Shown here: positions 12,001-19,189 of the stretch, piece after piece
Numbering within the stretch: position 1 is the stretch's first letter
Layout: the number at the start of each line of letters is the position of its first letter
IMG/VR virus record: IMGVR_UViG_3300006224_000008
Coordinates: 9,571-73,570 of that record
Direction: 5' to 3' (one strand)
DNA length: 64,000 bases
DNA from: a virus
Position numbers and translations under genes: made by a program
Notes under the pieces: model-generated
The model's database searches: none
Told to the model about the DNA's origin: nothing
What the model saw: the letters and a program-made list of their open reading frames with translations, nothing else

Positions 12001-12017
12001 TGACACTGAGAGTCTGA
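1..12017 (+). CDS. Giant polyvalent internal-virion/ejection protein (>3990 aa, 5' end outside the window)
   Basis: The frame is open from base 3 to 12017. It has Pro/Glu-rich linkers, an ART-like domain (AFHGTPH..GTGEGAQVFGWGLYFAE..NYVIWDE, ~5412-6245), an HEFLH zincin motif (6561-6575), a long helical C-terminal half with hydrophobic segments, and an Arg-rich tail. Confidence 0.85.
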   Translation, partial: IASNPVVQKATEFVGEQAALNAYMTATASPELMRLWRENPEEAKRQIADIVGVNLGFALLGIGNWRRRVPSHTERYLAANQKRYADLTDMLITRAAVGPEAQREIEATIKARMLHWTGDIGIGPRTTPPPLVDRTIEEAQNALLPPALRPQALPPALPRPAVPPRLPGNEPLLTPEQQDRVEARMRADDAARQQEKGPYAPPVRIEPPSGVQQYPGTPQRENVPPYPPEVRPEAGEQAGRGYSIERGGAVPPEAPPPEPQILTSESARSIDEFPPSQQELDALREKIMAGRPEGLTPREKEVLDWQKRQSENLRLLSPENAAKLSEKDFERWAYPRWTEEPISVSDAKDVFEILSALLMRGADRMNIRKVASILAYNVQRETDPAILRKMFERSGDPYTEEEIQKTAEANEEHNRATASYVEAGRAALAEKGKTPAPPPEPQIRGPKRPEDLTPEDGIPYLLNRLGNVERLVSFGPKADRDLFEKERQNILWELYSLDRLPETYVKQGNRWVQARPEPQIKAPESPGLMPESAKPIDWKVELQATIADMRRRIATREEVSGAIAQVRQPLVDEAFRKTIEAWDAVEKEPDPFKKVQLQSLARKADDDAVKFFSKEQKETVFRRMIDGEERVQAAWEKFNLDSVPENVRGIRMRPTDPEKRWFYLITPSTYPDQKGKWQATRIDERGPFGHFNADTPQDAVASLSGRTVKGIGPPWGSVGEWVVERAERIPKGGEAYAKEERVQGPQEVGPQPVLPPVEPGGKVLPSPEAVQPITVRTATGGEISQPRSTEGEKAPEMTVGEAPGQAVPRTASELAALIAVAKRVESRDRQLYEQIKFSGNPRAAAKARAAWRQTKLNVRELQRELKALKGPKGIDISKRMTADVGGERMPDIIDDILANVGTKLSLDSAKQYMEDIEERLKRGGAAAKLFTRKGGLAIDDALAMLIEANPNYRRLETEYDLLDAIFGAAEKRKGARKGEVREEQVLSDRERQTIDFEEAALRQRADTEGVKADTLLIGTKFKLRDVEFEVQDLIFDDNENLLFVVVEDGKRFGTQRVGADWYIFPDKGSLERKEAEVEFVSPEEAAAPEGPTPEWRRLFDEEKITGAQAKTLRAIEADTESIRQIPVGGETETYVRFKNGVIKWVTKTGELAETSRADEAFPSEEGATTPPVSVSRANLIWNAVAAYLESIRAIGAPSDAVIQGVMEITGLDRGEVEPALETLKYEGKIEWQKRLPQQINLIQRPPPAPAAEQPPVEGVPERGPAPPVAPPSPPKPAGPALDLFGQPIAPEKPAAPEPPKGPQEIQGGLEIGTVPSGEPAVKERPLTAAEKKEFRALSLKLRANREEGGEALTTEEAQRYEYLGALAGQKTLGIDVQVGLKGKLKALVAQLASLDQRKPQSRGKRYDKWALDRSDIERQIKKIRSQLTEGQGEDLGTSGPPEEMPNGMFMQRRRRVRQMTDEEVRERWPDPGERLDVFRLYGERPWVAESRTMEFSDAFGTQLEETGDWYIAAWGKSRDEAITEAQRQKRKGWENLPEKKPEPPPAIWAKELWQLTRKELGDNRELLRPKLGVVSDTMHRDAVAQAIRDGKPVPPEVLADFPELAPKPEAPPPAPAAPAKPEFAGGAPEGARVGNYLKKDGRWYRVDAEGNLGKIPTNKKQHDQLEQEFASPTPADTRTPIEILAQAKRVSVKLPEGATVLRGYDAKGRKSDIFIANINKGDNIFRDAGIVRVEAGFINKDKQFKPIKGDIKVSERKPAREGMLPETERQALPEKPPGAPIQMSGNDGFLIPPLETGPREGLPAFHGTPHEVDRFQLKYLGTGEGAQVFGWGLYFAEAREVAERYKQSLSGGEPRSSYRFNGREAWEWQRDFEKAMEYDKASVWERIQLHHPKNAIRVAARAIITDDAESAAKLLKYIETLPDSLFAKERGNIYTVDIAEDSILLDWDRPLREQPQAVRAALARLEEQGDPQGTLHALKAVLAEHLTGSDFYRRLEALRGAKWASEALQSVGINGIRYLDQKSRDFIVQHRPSDGKWYVLSGKPSPGFATEREARDWGYEQSSRNYVIWDESKIRITEKNGKPVSLDEFRQAMPPREGEAVPSRDVILAQADSPEQLLAHVDRPELQIPAEMKALVKALLSHPVAKKIQGLRWAIADVLAGGFEGDFDPHGRLARFSRWAEVKAPVHEFLHDLWYFLQPGERGEFMAMRVEEIRKALKDLPRNAAEIAALEKLLEAPVTSEEFLALKMPRSLYWLANEREFFVSAMQEPLVKRLTTPEAQGAIAKVREYIKGLWDAFKDWTKLSPKTERLFRQIFEGKYEFTPEQGAAAEAREGALPTSPEEFRKQKRLLEPNVAGRTLAGFAEPAKMKMELADQFNLSPRARRMIRLPREAEMYSIAAGELTGIENYVQARDAVPKDNPHLRWGVTHDAITGIDFQEHLGRTLTATYERQLAKVDSPAFQQKIFREAQLALRSDLAAEKEETFRNIIAGKAAALEAQIRNAAGDDARIETLREDLRLTRPLMDWAMAVSQQMDNIVNRVYREYTEFGRAGYWTRWRENATGPKNAEEFFRLYQRARAAEGNPLVERQEVALARLASEILGINFGLADRLLWAERWRREPDFAKAVNELGEKFVKDLRTDPAKAIRGMITREGTLATRAWQAKTAYLAINRDVMRELELLGDLEQAATVMKRLRDSDQWKQLVNTVITDAEGEGVPAVVVDAMRAGKYSSAFNEGTGKQVWVDPKGGFHEVDLNWTPDKAVEAQKKIDGFLTAVNDWIYDDANANSPELAYWRQQADWVRAVYKTASVFAPSAVKSLFVQHSLTMLSPFFRQAKLPAVKVLQDMAENYERAQNIGKQWSVGFDQDNMDKARRAAEAHGFHPISELPLYRSNIFDSLAWHYRHGIAIKPGQKLYGVTVLKEDIDLLKHQGGGLFNLIKRALPIGRKGREAKMQEARLVDQYLKTAFLMRPPQEFGAEPGTTVMRDFSTRGGGFADAVGKNAIDVKQEVKGGKTVETREVNLDKFMQLANLPQYFEPVVWRWISERSRQYNDDTGFEPLLNKLRDRIHEGTNPPRSVEDVLDYITRNSEASPEEVKKAIVGNMAKETFSYYRNFIEKPSGRSLTVRALRATSQGPFNTAFDHDIGSSFFYDYGMFSTQEVRAAAVDATMFYLERVEAAMRSTLDVYDEALRQFRETRSGSPERKALMQQNRALFRSGDDFRDYSALRGQRDELQWFMENLPIWSKQNISRNEGLNTLYRVIGDSVVSKLAGWKTVSRVFTGSAVKQGFVFSAIDRLYGTSYLKSALSMALSAYDIALKGPAMYLARRAGLAEKRKEKFSGVAEEIFREGKFFDPLYDLGMGTKTPLLNTIKNNLAMPYTHGRGYDPKFSTNAGIALLQKGAYRLLSGAETPLEVLRTIFPTLGYSVAYDSVARQAFNAISVIERQARRSFELHEEAGTLGRFDLNDPRNPKNVLPASDILPRGLFPKTQTQLAQARELFKRGTDGDLNDFVMEFWAKLARTPKDQRGEVHLLSADAKTPEEAARLQTNRSLGIAAIGLLDIHHAGFTNRMWVMRGSSMWRLMQPIAGWTFQSTRQLFELFGKSATDPALRPAVATALTAIMVLAGLAAMGIGGDLEKRLFDELEWIINKRVDPVRYFGMGRDWKENTIIALTGIFTYITVLSGYLERLMSEKGNRTSVTDQMFVLSLANSMVRYVSGVIHTKDPNYGLAGFVTREIPSLKPLIRRTSANEGLTNVENAITAIQRFAPKDLIRQTTGGFGMPTPTELSVPKNKLKNAIYAGDSEGVIKYFAELRNKAVELKRTEPLRLAADIMRSLNPYTLALIGHPTEVQRQELLGRLSDRERQVILDAETNYLAAAQLVGVQSRMTRQPPGGGGEAVSAAPAFGGGYAVGGGGGAGLRGITTGYGGAGGFPSVRRISLGRAGGVPTAFRRISTRRGPTTRLRLGGRIGRPRRYTTGRIKLRPRRLGMRLRQRVTLPRTRRLTLRV
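598..789 (+). CDS. Small basic phage protein (63 aa) nested in the +1 frame of the giant gene
   Basis: MPLQSGSSRQVVSSNIRELH..KQAVAIAL resembles the widespread phage MPLKKG..NI..KQAVAIA family as I recall it. SD-like GAGAAAGGA at 585-593. Confidence 0.75.
   Translation: MPLQSGSSRQVVSSNIRELHSGKTYRHTLRKFGRKRANKQAVAIALNEAGLSRRKRRHLSLKS
762..1563 (+). repeat. Three copies of ACCTGAGCCTCARAT (PEPQI linker) inside the giant gene
   Basis: Copies at 762-784, 1308-1330 and 1547-1563. The first two share 22 of 23 nt. Confidence 0.85.
2209..2247 (+). CDS. Nested 12-aa Lys-rich micropeptide MPKKKGCKGRKK (+1 frame)
   Basis: Strong SD-like GAAAGGTGGTGA at 2192-2203, ATG at 2209, TAG at 2245-2247. Confidence 0.45.
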   Translation: MPKKKGCKGRKK

Positions 12018-12091
12018 CCTCCTCTGCTTCTACATGCCTGAATACTGAAAGCTTTTGACTCGCGGCCAGTTGTGGCTGCAAACTGGCTGCC

Positions 12092-12511
12092 ATGAGCGGG
12101 CCAAGCCCTGAGTTCCTCCGTCACATGAAGGGGATGCTGCCGTCCTTCATCAAAGGCATCGCCGAAAAGGTGGCTATCGGCCGCGGCATCAAAGCACCCA
12201 AACGCTTATCACCAAAGAAGGTCTGCACACTCTGTACCAAGCTGTTCGACAAGGTCGAAGTCGATGCTGGCAAGGAACCGCCCCTGGAGATGGGGAGATG
12301 TCCGGAGTGCGAGGAGAAACTCAAGGACGGTTTCGTCGCGGTGGTAGCGCCGAACAAACTCGCCTTCGTAAAATCGGAACGGCTAAAGGATCTTGCCGGT
12401 AACACCGTCCAGGTGTCAGCCGAGAATTTCCTCCGAATTCAACAGGAGTACCTCAACAACTGGGCACCCGAAAATGCACACGCCAACAAACCTGCTGGGC
12501 CTGCTCGATAA
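12092..12511 (+). CDS. Hypothetical Zn-ribbon protein
   Basis: 139-aa ORF with CTLC and CPEC pairs, directly after the giant gene. Confidence 0.65.
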   Translation: MSGPSPEFLRHMKGMLPSFIKGIAEKVAIGRGIKAPKRLSPKKVCTLCTKLFDKVEVDAGKEPPLEMGRCPECEEKLKDGFVAVVAPNKLAFVKSERLKDLAGNTVQVSAENFLRIQQEYLNNWAPENAHANKPAGPAR

Positions 12512-12872
12512 GTGCCCGCCGTTCCTCGTTTTCGCACTGGCCAGACGTGGTACCGATAAACGACCGAAATTTGATGACATCGTGAAGGCATCCGGCCTGT
12601 CGGAGCGCACGTTCATCCGAATCGCATGTCGTTTTTCGTGGCGCGAGGTCAAGGTGAAGCACATTGACGGCTTTTGCCGGGCGTGCGGGGTAGACCCCTT
12701 CAATCTCGAACCGCACCTGGGGTTCCTGAGACGGTCACTGACATCGGACAAACCTTTCGCCTACATGACCTCGCAGCAACTGGCGAGGTTCAATGACCAT
12801 TGTAGTCGGATTGCCGATTTCGCGAGGGCTACGGTTTCTGGAGCGCCATCGCGTCAAAGTCAATCTTCATGA
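12474..12872 (+). CDS. Putative HTH DNA-binding protein
   Basis: DDIVKASGLSERTFIRI is an HTH-like pattern. ATG 12474 was chosen as the start. Confidence 0.55.
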   Translation: MHTPTNLLGLLDKCPPFLVFALARRGTDKRPKFDDIVKASGLSERTFIRIACRFSWREVKVKHIDGFCRACGVDPFNLEPHLGFLRRSLTSDKPFAYMTSQQLARFNDHCSRIADFARATVSGAPSRQSQSS

Positions 12873-14664
12873 GGTAAGCACTCCCACCAACTGCCGCAGT
12901 CCCGGTCGAACTGGAAATCATGATCTCGAAATAGATGTGCCGACCCTCCACGTACATCGGCCATTCGCACCCTTCCGACTGCCTTAACTTCTGGGATGTC
13001 AAATTTGTATTGGTGAATTCCTCCTCGCAGCGAAGGTCCTTGTTTTCGTAATCGTTCCACTGGGGAGAACACTTTGGAGCCGTGCTATTGGGGTCTGTCC
13101 TGTTCCATGAGTGCCCAAGGCGCAGCCGGATCACTGGCGGCGTGGTTTCCTCGATGGTCTCACGGTCAACGTACACCTGTTGCACTCGTTTCTCCCGGTC
13201 GTAAAAGCCTAATGGCGCTTCCGCCCGGAGAATCGATACGTAACCATCGCTGCGGTACAGGGTACCGATTAGGGCGTCAACCGGCAGGTCCACCGTGACG
13301 TTCGACATATCGTCGATGATCAGGAACTCGCGGTAGTAGGAGCCCCCGATGTTTTTGATTGCGTAATCCACGCCGCTCGCACCAAAGAAATACTGGGTCT
13401 CGTTGCACACGCCCGCGGCCGTAGGCGTATCCCGGAAGTTCGTAAAGGCCGTAAAACCGGTGTCAACCACGTCCGCCGTCTTTTGCTTAATGTTCGCAAC
13501 CATCGTCCAGTTGTTGACGGAGAGAGTCCCGCTGGGCCAGCTAAACCAGATCTCATCCTTGCTGGGCAGGAGTGCTGCGACAGGTGCGTAGCAGTGCGTG
13601 CCACCCATGGCTGTTGCTTGGTCGGTAAACATCACGCCGGTTGACAGGTGCAGCCAATCGACGCGTTCCGGTTTTGGAATGTAGGGATCGAATCGGTACA
13701 CGCCTTCCCGGCTGCAATACCAGTGCTCAGAGCCGGTGCTTACGAGTGTCTCCGGGTAGAAGAGGCAACCTACCTGATTCTGCGGCTCGCTATAGATCCG
13801 AGTGAACGTGAAAACCTCGTCAGCAGTGAGCGTGCTTGGCGTCATCTTCCAGATGCTGCGCCGCGTGTAGATGTAGACGTCTCGTAGAATGTGCGCGGCG
13901 CCAAGAATGTCGTCGCCGTAGGGCAAGTCCTGAGTCCCGCAAAGCGGCTCGACCTCCGGTGGATCGGCATCGGGATCGAAGTAAGGGTCCCACGCCATTC
14001 CGTCGTTAATGTCCGACCACGCGATACGTGTTGGCTGCGCCACCCCATCCTGCACCACGTTCATCAGGACGAGAAATCCGTTAAACTCGATGGCGATTTT
14101 CGCCGCTGTGATTTTGATCGTGGTTTTTAGCTCACTAACCTCGGTTGTGGTGCCTGCCGCGAGGTCGTGTGCCAGAATGTTGTTCACACCATTCGTGAAG
14201 TACAACACGTTCTGGAGTTGGGCGGCCTTCCATCGGCTTCCGTACGCACCGTAAGCAACATCAGGAAGTTGAATGTCGGTCCAATGTCCCGTTGTGGTGT
14301 TCAGCTTCGAAAGCCTGCTCTGCGTGCCGTCAAACAGGATGCGTTGCCCGCTGTCGGTCGTGCATTCGTGGAGAAACGTTATCGGTTCGCGTGTGGCACC
14401 CTGGGCATGATGGTCGTGATTGTGGTAATACCACCCGCTGCGGTCATCACTTTGCTCAATCGGAACACCCCACTGGTCGTACAATTTCGAGGCAAATGGA
14501 TGCTCAAAACCGGCACGTCGTTTCAACCTGCCGTCGCTGGTGGCCTCCATGTTGAGTTTCCAGCGCCACGCCCCCGGTTGAACCTCGGTGGGGTCCGACC
14601 GCACGTCCAGCGGGCCGGTCAGCGGATGGAGCGAGATCGTTGACCAAACATCTTTCTTAGCCAT
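12829..14664 (-). CDS. Tail nozzle / head-stabilisation protein (P22 gp10 / T7 gp12-like)
   Basis: 611 aa. N-terminal LDVRSDP..LNM..G.LKRRAG and RIAWSD motifs, beta-rich, last gene of the morphogenesis operon. Confidence 0.65.
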   Translation of the reverse strand: MAKKDVWSTISLHPLTGPLDVRSDPTEVQPGAWRWKLNMEATSDGRLKRRAGFEHPFASKLYDQWGVPIEQSDDRSGWYYHNHDHHAQGATREPITFLHECTTDSGQRILFDGTQSRLSKLNTTTGHWTDIQLPDVAYGAYGSRWKAAQLQNVLYFTNGVNNILAHDLAAGTTTEVSELKTTIKITAAKIAIEFNGFLVLMNVVQDGVAQPTRIAWSDINDGMAWDPYFDPDADPPEVEPLCGTQDLPYGDDILGAAHILRDVYIYTRRSIWKMTPSTLTADEVFTFTRIYSEPQNQVGCLFYPETLVSTGSEHWYCSREGVYRFDPYIPKPERVDWLHLSTGVMFTDQATAMGGTHCYAPVAALLPSKDEIWFSWPSGTLSVNNWTMVANIKQKTADVVDTGFTAFTNFRDTPTAAGVCNETQYFFGASGVDYAIKNIGGSYYREFLIIDDMSNVTVDLPVDALIGTLYRSDGYVSILRAEAPLGFYDREKRVQQVYVDRETIEETTPPVIRLRLGHSWNRTDPNSTAPKCSPQWNDYENKDLRCEEEFTNTNLTSQKLRQSEGCEWPMYVEGRHIYFEIMISSSTGTAAVGGSAYLMKIDFDAMALQKP

Positions 14665-14698
14665 AACGGGTCACCTGTCTTGCCGGAATACCCGGAGA

Positions 14699-15646
14699 CT
14701 ACCCCTTATCGCCGGGCAGTGGAATATCAAAACGTCGGACGTACTCCATGAAATCAATCTGGAAAATCGACGCGTTGCGCGTTCGTTCATACTCAACCAG
14801 ATACCAGTTCTCCTTGATCATCTCCGTTGCCCTGATGCACTCCGTATGGTCGTAGACCAGTCGCATTCGGGCAATCAAGGTCTCCGCCAGATCAGGCGCC
14901 AGCAGTGTGTGACAGGCGAACATCTTGTTGTACAACGTGTACCCGGCTCGCACCGTAAACCCCTGTTTTTCGCCGGGACTCCAGAACCGGTGCCCAATGG
15001 CGATGTCCTCAAGCATCTGGATTTTGCCACCGGCGAGGTAAGTCTTGATGGAGATCATGGCTTCATCGCAGCCCCAGTACCGGAGGAAGCGCAGGGGGGA
15101 GATAAGGTCGAACCACGATTTTGCAATCAAGTAGCCTGCCCCCATCAGACACGGGACCGATCCGCCTTCGAATGTGGATGGCCTTTTGCTCCAGTTGACC
15201 TCGAACACCTGTTTCTGCTTTGGGTGTACAGGGTCTGGGCCATACAGGTTCAAGGTCGCGCCGTAGCGATACACCGCCTTGGCGCTGGCCAGGGTCGGAT
15301 GGAACTTGTCCAGGGCAGCGCACGCGCAGCAGTAGACCGTCTCGTGCGGTTGGCCGCTGAGCATGGGCAGAAGTCGATCATACCATCCGGCCGGGAACCG
15401 CATGTGCCCGTCCACCAAGAGAATCCAGGGCCTTTTGGCGTAGAGAACGCCGATATTCCGCGACGGGCCGCAGCCGCACCGGAACCGATTGTGCACAACG
15501 CCGGTCGCGCCTTTTACATGGACTTTCGTCGAACTGCAATCGTCCACCACGATGATTTCAACATGGTCCCCGGCAGTCTCCCGAATCGAATCGACCGTAT
15601 TCTGAAGGTCGGGCTCGTTGACGGCGGCAATGATGATCGAGATCAT
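14699..15646 (-). CDS. GT-A glycosyltransferase, polypeptide GalNAc-transferase-like
   Basis: ISIIIAAVNE, EIIVVDDCS, DxH motif (VDGH), LMGAGY, WGCDEAMIS..LAGG and IGHRF mirror ppGalNAc-T motifs. Confidence 0.8.
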   Translation of the reverse strand: MISIIIAAVNEPDLQNTVDSIRETAGDHVEIIVVDDCSSTKVHVKGATGVVHNRFRCGCGPSRNIGVLYAKRPWILLVDGHMRFPAGWYDRLLPMLSGQPHETVYCCACAALDKFHPTLASAKAVYRYGATLNLYGPDPVHPKQKQVFEVNWSKRPSTFEGGSVPCLMGAGYLIAKSWFDLISPLRFLRYWGCDEAMISIKTYLAGGKIQMLEDIAIGHRFWSPGEKQGFTVRAGYTLYNKMFACHTLLAPDLAETLIARMRLVYDHTECIRATEMIKENWYLVEYERTRNASIFQIDFMEYVRRFDIPLPGDKG

Positions 15647-16431
15647 AATTTGGTCACCATTGCGCGCTCATCTGCCCAATGGAAAAACGGCTGAAGCCTA
15701 GTCGGCCATGGCCCCTGGTATGCCTGTAAACGTTCCCAGCGCTTCACAGCGTCCGCGTACCCGTAGTATTGTTCCTTCTGCTCCACTTGCCAGCGGAACG
15801 CATAGCTGTAGTGGTCGAACCCAATGCCCCACTGCGCGCAGAAGTCTCTCTCCGCGCACTTCTCCTTCGGCCCGTTCGCGCCCGTCAGGAAAGGAGGTTC
15901 GTGTGACGTGAAGGTCATCCCTGGTTCGTACCGCCATGCCCTGAGCCACTCCCCCGGATTTGCCCCGTAGCAGTTCCTGCCAACCGTGATCAGGCGCGGG
16001 CCAACGAAGAATCGGCAATGGAATCTGGCGCACGTGTAGCCTTCAGCCGGGTCGGAGAGCATCGCACAGACCGCCTCGATGTTGCCCGGCATCCAGATTT
16101 CGTCCGCGTCAATCTGCATCAGGATGCAGGGTTCCTTCAGGCGCCTCAGAACGCAATTATACATCGACACTTTGCCGGGCCAAAGCGCCTGGGTTGTGTG
16201 ATGAACGCGCCGGTGGGATTTTGCTAGACCAGCCAGGAACTCAGTGGTGCCATCCACACTCAACCGCGGCTTTGGCTTCTGGCACCAAGCGGTGCACTTC
16301 ACGTTATCAGCGGCGCCCTCAACGATCCACCAGTGCCAATCGACCTCTGGCGGCAAAGCGTTGAAGCAAAACAACTGCGCCGGGAGAAACGGCATTGCAT
16401 CGAGTGCAATCGTAATTATGTTCAAATTCAT
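15643..16431 (-). CDS. GT2-like glycosyltransferase
   Basis: VEGA, SVDGTTEFL and QIDADEIW (DxD). ATGA overlap with the upstream stop. Confidence 0.75.
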   Translation of the reverse strand: MNLNIITIALDAMPFLPAQLFCFNALPPEVDWHWWIVEGAADNVKCTAWCQKPKPRLSVDGTTEFLAGLAKSHRRVHHTTQALWPGKVSMYNCVLRRLKEPCILMQIDADEIWMPGNIEAVCAMLSDPAEGYTCARFHCRFFVGPRLITVGRNCYGANPGEWLRAWRYEPGMTFTSHEPPFLTGANGPKEKCAERDFCAQWGIGFDHYSYAFRWQVEQKEQYYGYADAVKRWERLQAYQGPWPTRLQPFFHWADERAMVTKL

Positions 16432-16964
16432 ACTCTGGTGGCCCAGCATTGAAACGATGTCTTCTGCGCCTCCGGCAGCAGCTCATCGACAGCCTGTTTG
16501 ACCCCTGGGTACGTGTCACCGTAATCGTGCCCCGCCAGGAACCCTCCGGGCCGGATCTTTGGCTTCCAACAGCGGATGTCATCCTTCACGGAAGCGTAAT
16601 CATGGGCAGCGTCGATAAAAACAGCGCCCAGTCCATTCTGCACCAAACGTGCCGCTGTGACTGAGGAGCACCGCAGCGGAATGACAAGGTCATCCAGTTT
16701 CATCTCGTGGACGTTGGCTGAGAAGGTACCAAACGGATTTACCACCGTAAGGCCATCGTCGCGCTCATAAATGTCTGGCCACAGGTCAACACAGAGGAGT
16801 TTTATATCTTTGCCGGACGCACGGATTCTTTCACCAAGATAGCAGGCCGATTTTCCAAGGTAAGAACCGACCTCTACGATGTTGTCGCCGGGCGCGAGCA
16901 GTTCGACGAACTTATCGTACACGTCCGGGAAGTCGAAGAAGCCATCGATGTCTGCCCATGTCAT
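16428..16964 (-). CDS. Class I SAM methyltransferase (Methyltransf_24-like)
   Basis: VEVGSYLGKS, VFIDAAHDY and GGFLAGHDY motifs. Confidence 0.85.
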   Translation of the reverse strand: MTWADIDGFFDFPDVYDKFVELLAPGDNIVEVGSYLGKSACYLGERIRASGKDIKLLCVDLWPDIYERDDGLTVVNPFGTFSANVHEMKLDDLVIPLRCSSVTAARLVQNGLGAVFIDAAHDYASVKDDIRCWKPKIRPGGFLAGHDYGDTYPGVKQAVDELLPEAQKTSFQCWATRV

Positions 16965-16977
16965 ATTGCGATTTTGG

Positions 16978-17694
16978 TTAATGGTTCGAGAAGACCGCCA
17001 CGTTGTTCGGCATCCCTTCGAGCGTGATCAGGTCGTGCGTCCTCAGGTCAATCAGTTCGGCGGGAGTGAGTTTTTGCAGATAGAACACTTCGTCCGTCAG
17101 TCGGTACGGCCGATCACGGTCATAACCAAAACTGTATTCGGCATAGTCCTCCGGATTCATCGACATCATCCGCGCTATTTTCAGTTCGGGAACGCGACTG
17201 GGAACCGTCTCCGGCCCTTGCAGCAGGTACGAGTAGACGAACTGGGGGATAAACTTATGGCGTACGAGAAAGATCGTGGTCGAACAATTGAATACCTTGT
17301 TCCGCCCGAAGATGGCGTTCTTGTTTCCCATCTCGCGGTACATCCGATCCACAAAAGGTCCAAACACCAGCGCATCCTGCTCTACATAGAGAAAATCCAT
17401 CTCGTTGGCATAGGCAATCCAAAGCCCAATCATCCACATAGTCGCGCACCCAGACATAACGATCCCCGGTTTGCTGCCGTTCAGCAAGGAGCCCGATCCG
17501 CCAAGATTGCCGCTCAGGCAGATCCATTCGCCCTGACCGGCTGTTGCCACGCAATCGGCTGAAGCGATAATGAAGACGCGACGTGGTTGGGCATGACGCA
17601 GGTTTGTTCTCCACCACAGTCGGTGGAACCAGTCGGCACCCCTGCCGGTCTGCGAGTGATACCCAGAGACAATGATGTAGTGAGGGGTGGTCAT
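16978..17694 (-). CDS. Putative GT-A-fold glycosyltransferase
   Basis: 238 aa, DFLYVEQDALV (DxD-like), embedded in the GT cluster. Confidence 0.55.
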   Translation of the reverse strand: MTTPHYIIVSGYHSQTGRGADWFHRLWWRTNLRHAQPRRVFIIASADCVATAGQGEWICLSGNLGGSGSLLNGSKPGIVMSGCATMWMIGLWIAYANEMDFLYVEQDALVFGPFVDRMYREMGNKNAIFGRNKVFNCSTTIFLVRHKFIPQFVYSYLLQGPETVPSRVPELKIARMMSMNPEDYAEYSFGYDRDRPYRLTDEVFYLQKLTPAELIDLRTHDLITLEGMPNNVAVFSNH

Positions 17695-18485
17695 ACGAAA
17701 AACTCTCTCATCTGGCTGCGTTCAAGGAACCAGTATTCGGCGTTCTTAAATGGTCCCCAGCAATGCAAGGTGTTGGCCTTGATCTTCTGCTTGGTATTGC
17801 GCAGCACGAAATGCGGGTACCCGGCAATCCACTCAATTCGTTTGCCAAGGTCGCCCATGACGAAACGGCCATCGTGGATTAACAGGTGATGGTCGAAAAC
17901 GGTCCCGTCCTTAACCTCGAAGGTGTTTCCGACATTAAACCCGTGCAGCCCGGCAAGCTGAGTCCAGAACGTCATGTCGCTTACGGTCTCAACCGGTTGG
18001 TTCGCGAGGTCTACGCCGAGCAGACTCTCGACGAAGCCGCAGAACGCCGTCAAAGGTTCGCGCCGACTGATGTAGTAAGGTGCCGTGCGAGCCTCGCCCA
18101 TGAACGAGACCGAGAAATCGAACTGTGCGAACGGCTCGAATGCCTTTTCAAGATTGCCGAACACCATGAAATCCGTGTCGGCGGTGAAGATTGGAAAATC
18201 CAGGGAGGTTGCTTCAGCGTATTCGTAAATCGCGAACCATCGTGCGAGCGCGGGAGCGTGCAGGGTGCGAAATGGATCATGTAACAATTGATGGGAAATC
18301 CGTTCCAAAACGGCATTGCTCTTTCGGAGTTCGGCGATGTGCGTAAAAGACCCTATGTTGTAATCGTGTTCGCCCAGGACGTGGATAGGACAGCCGCAGT
18401 GGGCTTGCGCACACTGCAAAGCAGAGAGCAGGCCGTCGTATTTTCCCCAACTCGTGAATATCAGGTGCATAAAGTCATGGGCCAT
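17691..18485 (-). CDS. Putative GT-A-fold glycosyltransferase
   Basis: RWFAI..IFTADTDFMVF (DxD), SDMTFW and late LHCWG. The start was trimmed to 18485 to avoid a long overlap. Confidence 0.6.
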   Translation of the reverse strand: MAHDFMHLIFTSWGKYDGLLSALQCAQAHCGCPIHVLGEHDYNIGSFTHIAELRKSNAVLERISHQLLHDPFRTLHAPALARWFAIYEYAEATSLDFPIFTADTDFMVFGNLEKAFEPFAQFDFSVSFMGEARTAPYYISRREPLTAFCGFVESLLGVDLANQPVETVSDMTFWTQLAGLHGFNVGNTFEVKDGTVFDHHLLIHDGRFVMGDLGKRIEWIAGYPHFVLRNTKQKIKANTLHCWGPFKNAEYWFLERSQMREFFV

Positions 18486-19185
18486 GGATTCCATCAGCGC
18501 GCCGTTCAAGGTCAAGTTTCTCTTCCGGAGACGCTTCACGGTAAATGTCGCAGTGCCGGTCCCAAAGGATGCAGTTGGACTGGTCGCCACGTCGGAAGAT
18601 GTTGTCCGGTTTGCGCCATTTGGAAATACTGTAAAAGCCGTCCCAGGTAACCAGTTTGCACGTTCCACCGTGCGTCTCGACAAGCACCGAGAACGCCTGT
18701 TCGAACTCGGAGCAATCCAGGTGCGTATTGACCTTCTTGGGCCATAAGGATAGCAACGCCGGTGAGCACGCGATGCAGGAGGTCCTCAGGTGCGGCGTGT
18801 TCTCGTAGGAAGCCATCGGGCCGTACAATCCGGGTCCGTACAATGCCCATGCCAGCGCCAGTCGTTCGAGCCACCCTTCCCGCCAGAAGTAAACTGGCGT
18901 CGCCATGAACACCGCCATGTCGCAGTCCAACCATCTAGCGATTTTCTGGTAGGTGCCGCAGTCCCAACCTGCCCCTTCATTCTTGATCGTGGCATTGCCA
19001 AAATACGGCGGCAGGATGGAAACGCCAATACCGCAATTGACCACGTAAAGTTCGTGCCTTATAGTCGGAAAGAACCGGCGGTAAGTCTCCATGAAGCGTA
19101 GTTCTAACGGATGATAGAACTCCGAGTCCGGAGCGTCCGGTGTCGCCTTGCCGATGACGTTCAGGTAAACAAGCGCGATTTTCAT
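18475..19185 (-). CDS. Putative glycosyltransferase (rhamnan-synthesis-like)
   Basis: NEGAGWDCGTY and PHLRTS motifs, within the GT cluster. Confidence 0.55.
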   Translation of the reverse strand: MKIALVYLNVIGKATPDAPDSEFYHPLELRFMETYRRFFPTIRHELYVVNCGIGVSILPPYFGNATIKNEGAGWDCGTYQKIARWLDCDMAVFMATPVYFWREGWLERLALAWALYGPGLYGPMASYENTPHLRTSCIACSPALLSLWPKKVNTHLDCSEFEQAFSVLVETHGGTCKLVTWDGFYSISKWRKPDNIFRRGDQSNCILWDRHCDIYREASPEEKLDLERRADGIHGP

Positions 19186-19189
19186 GCGG

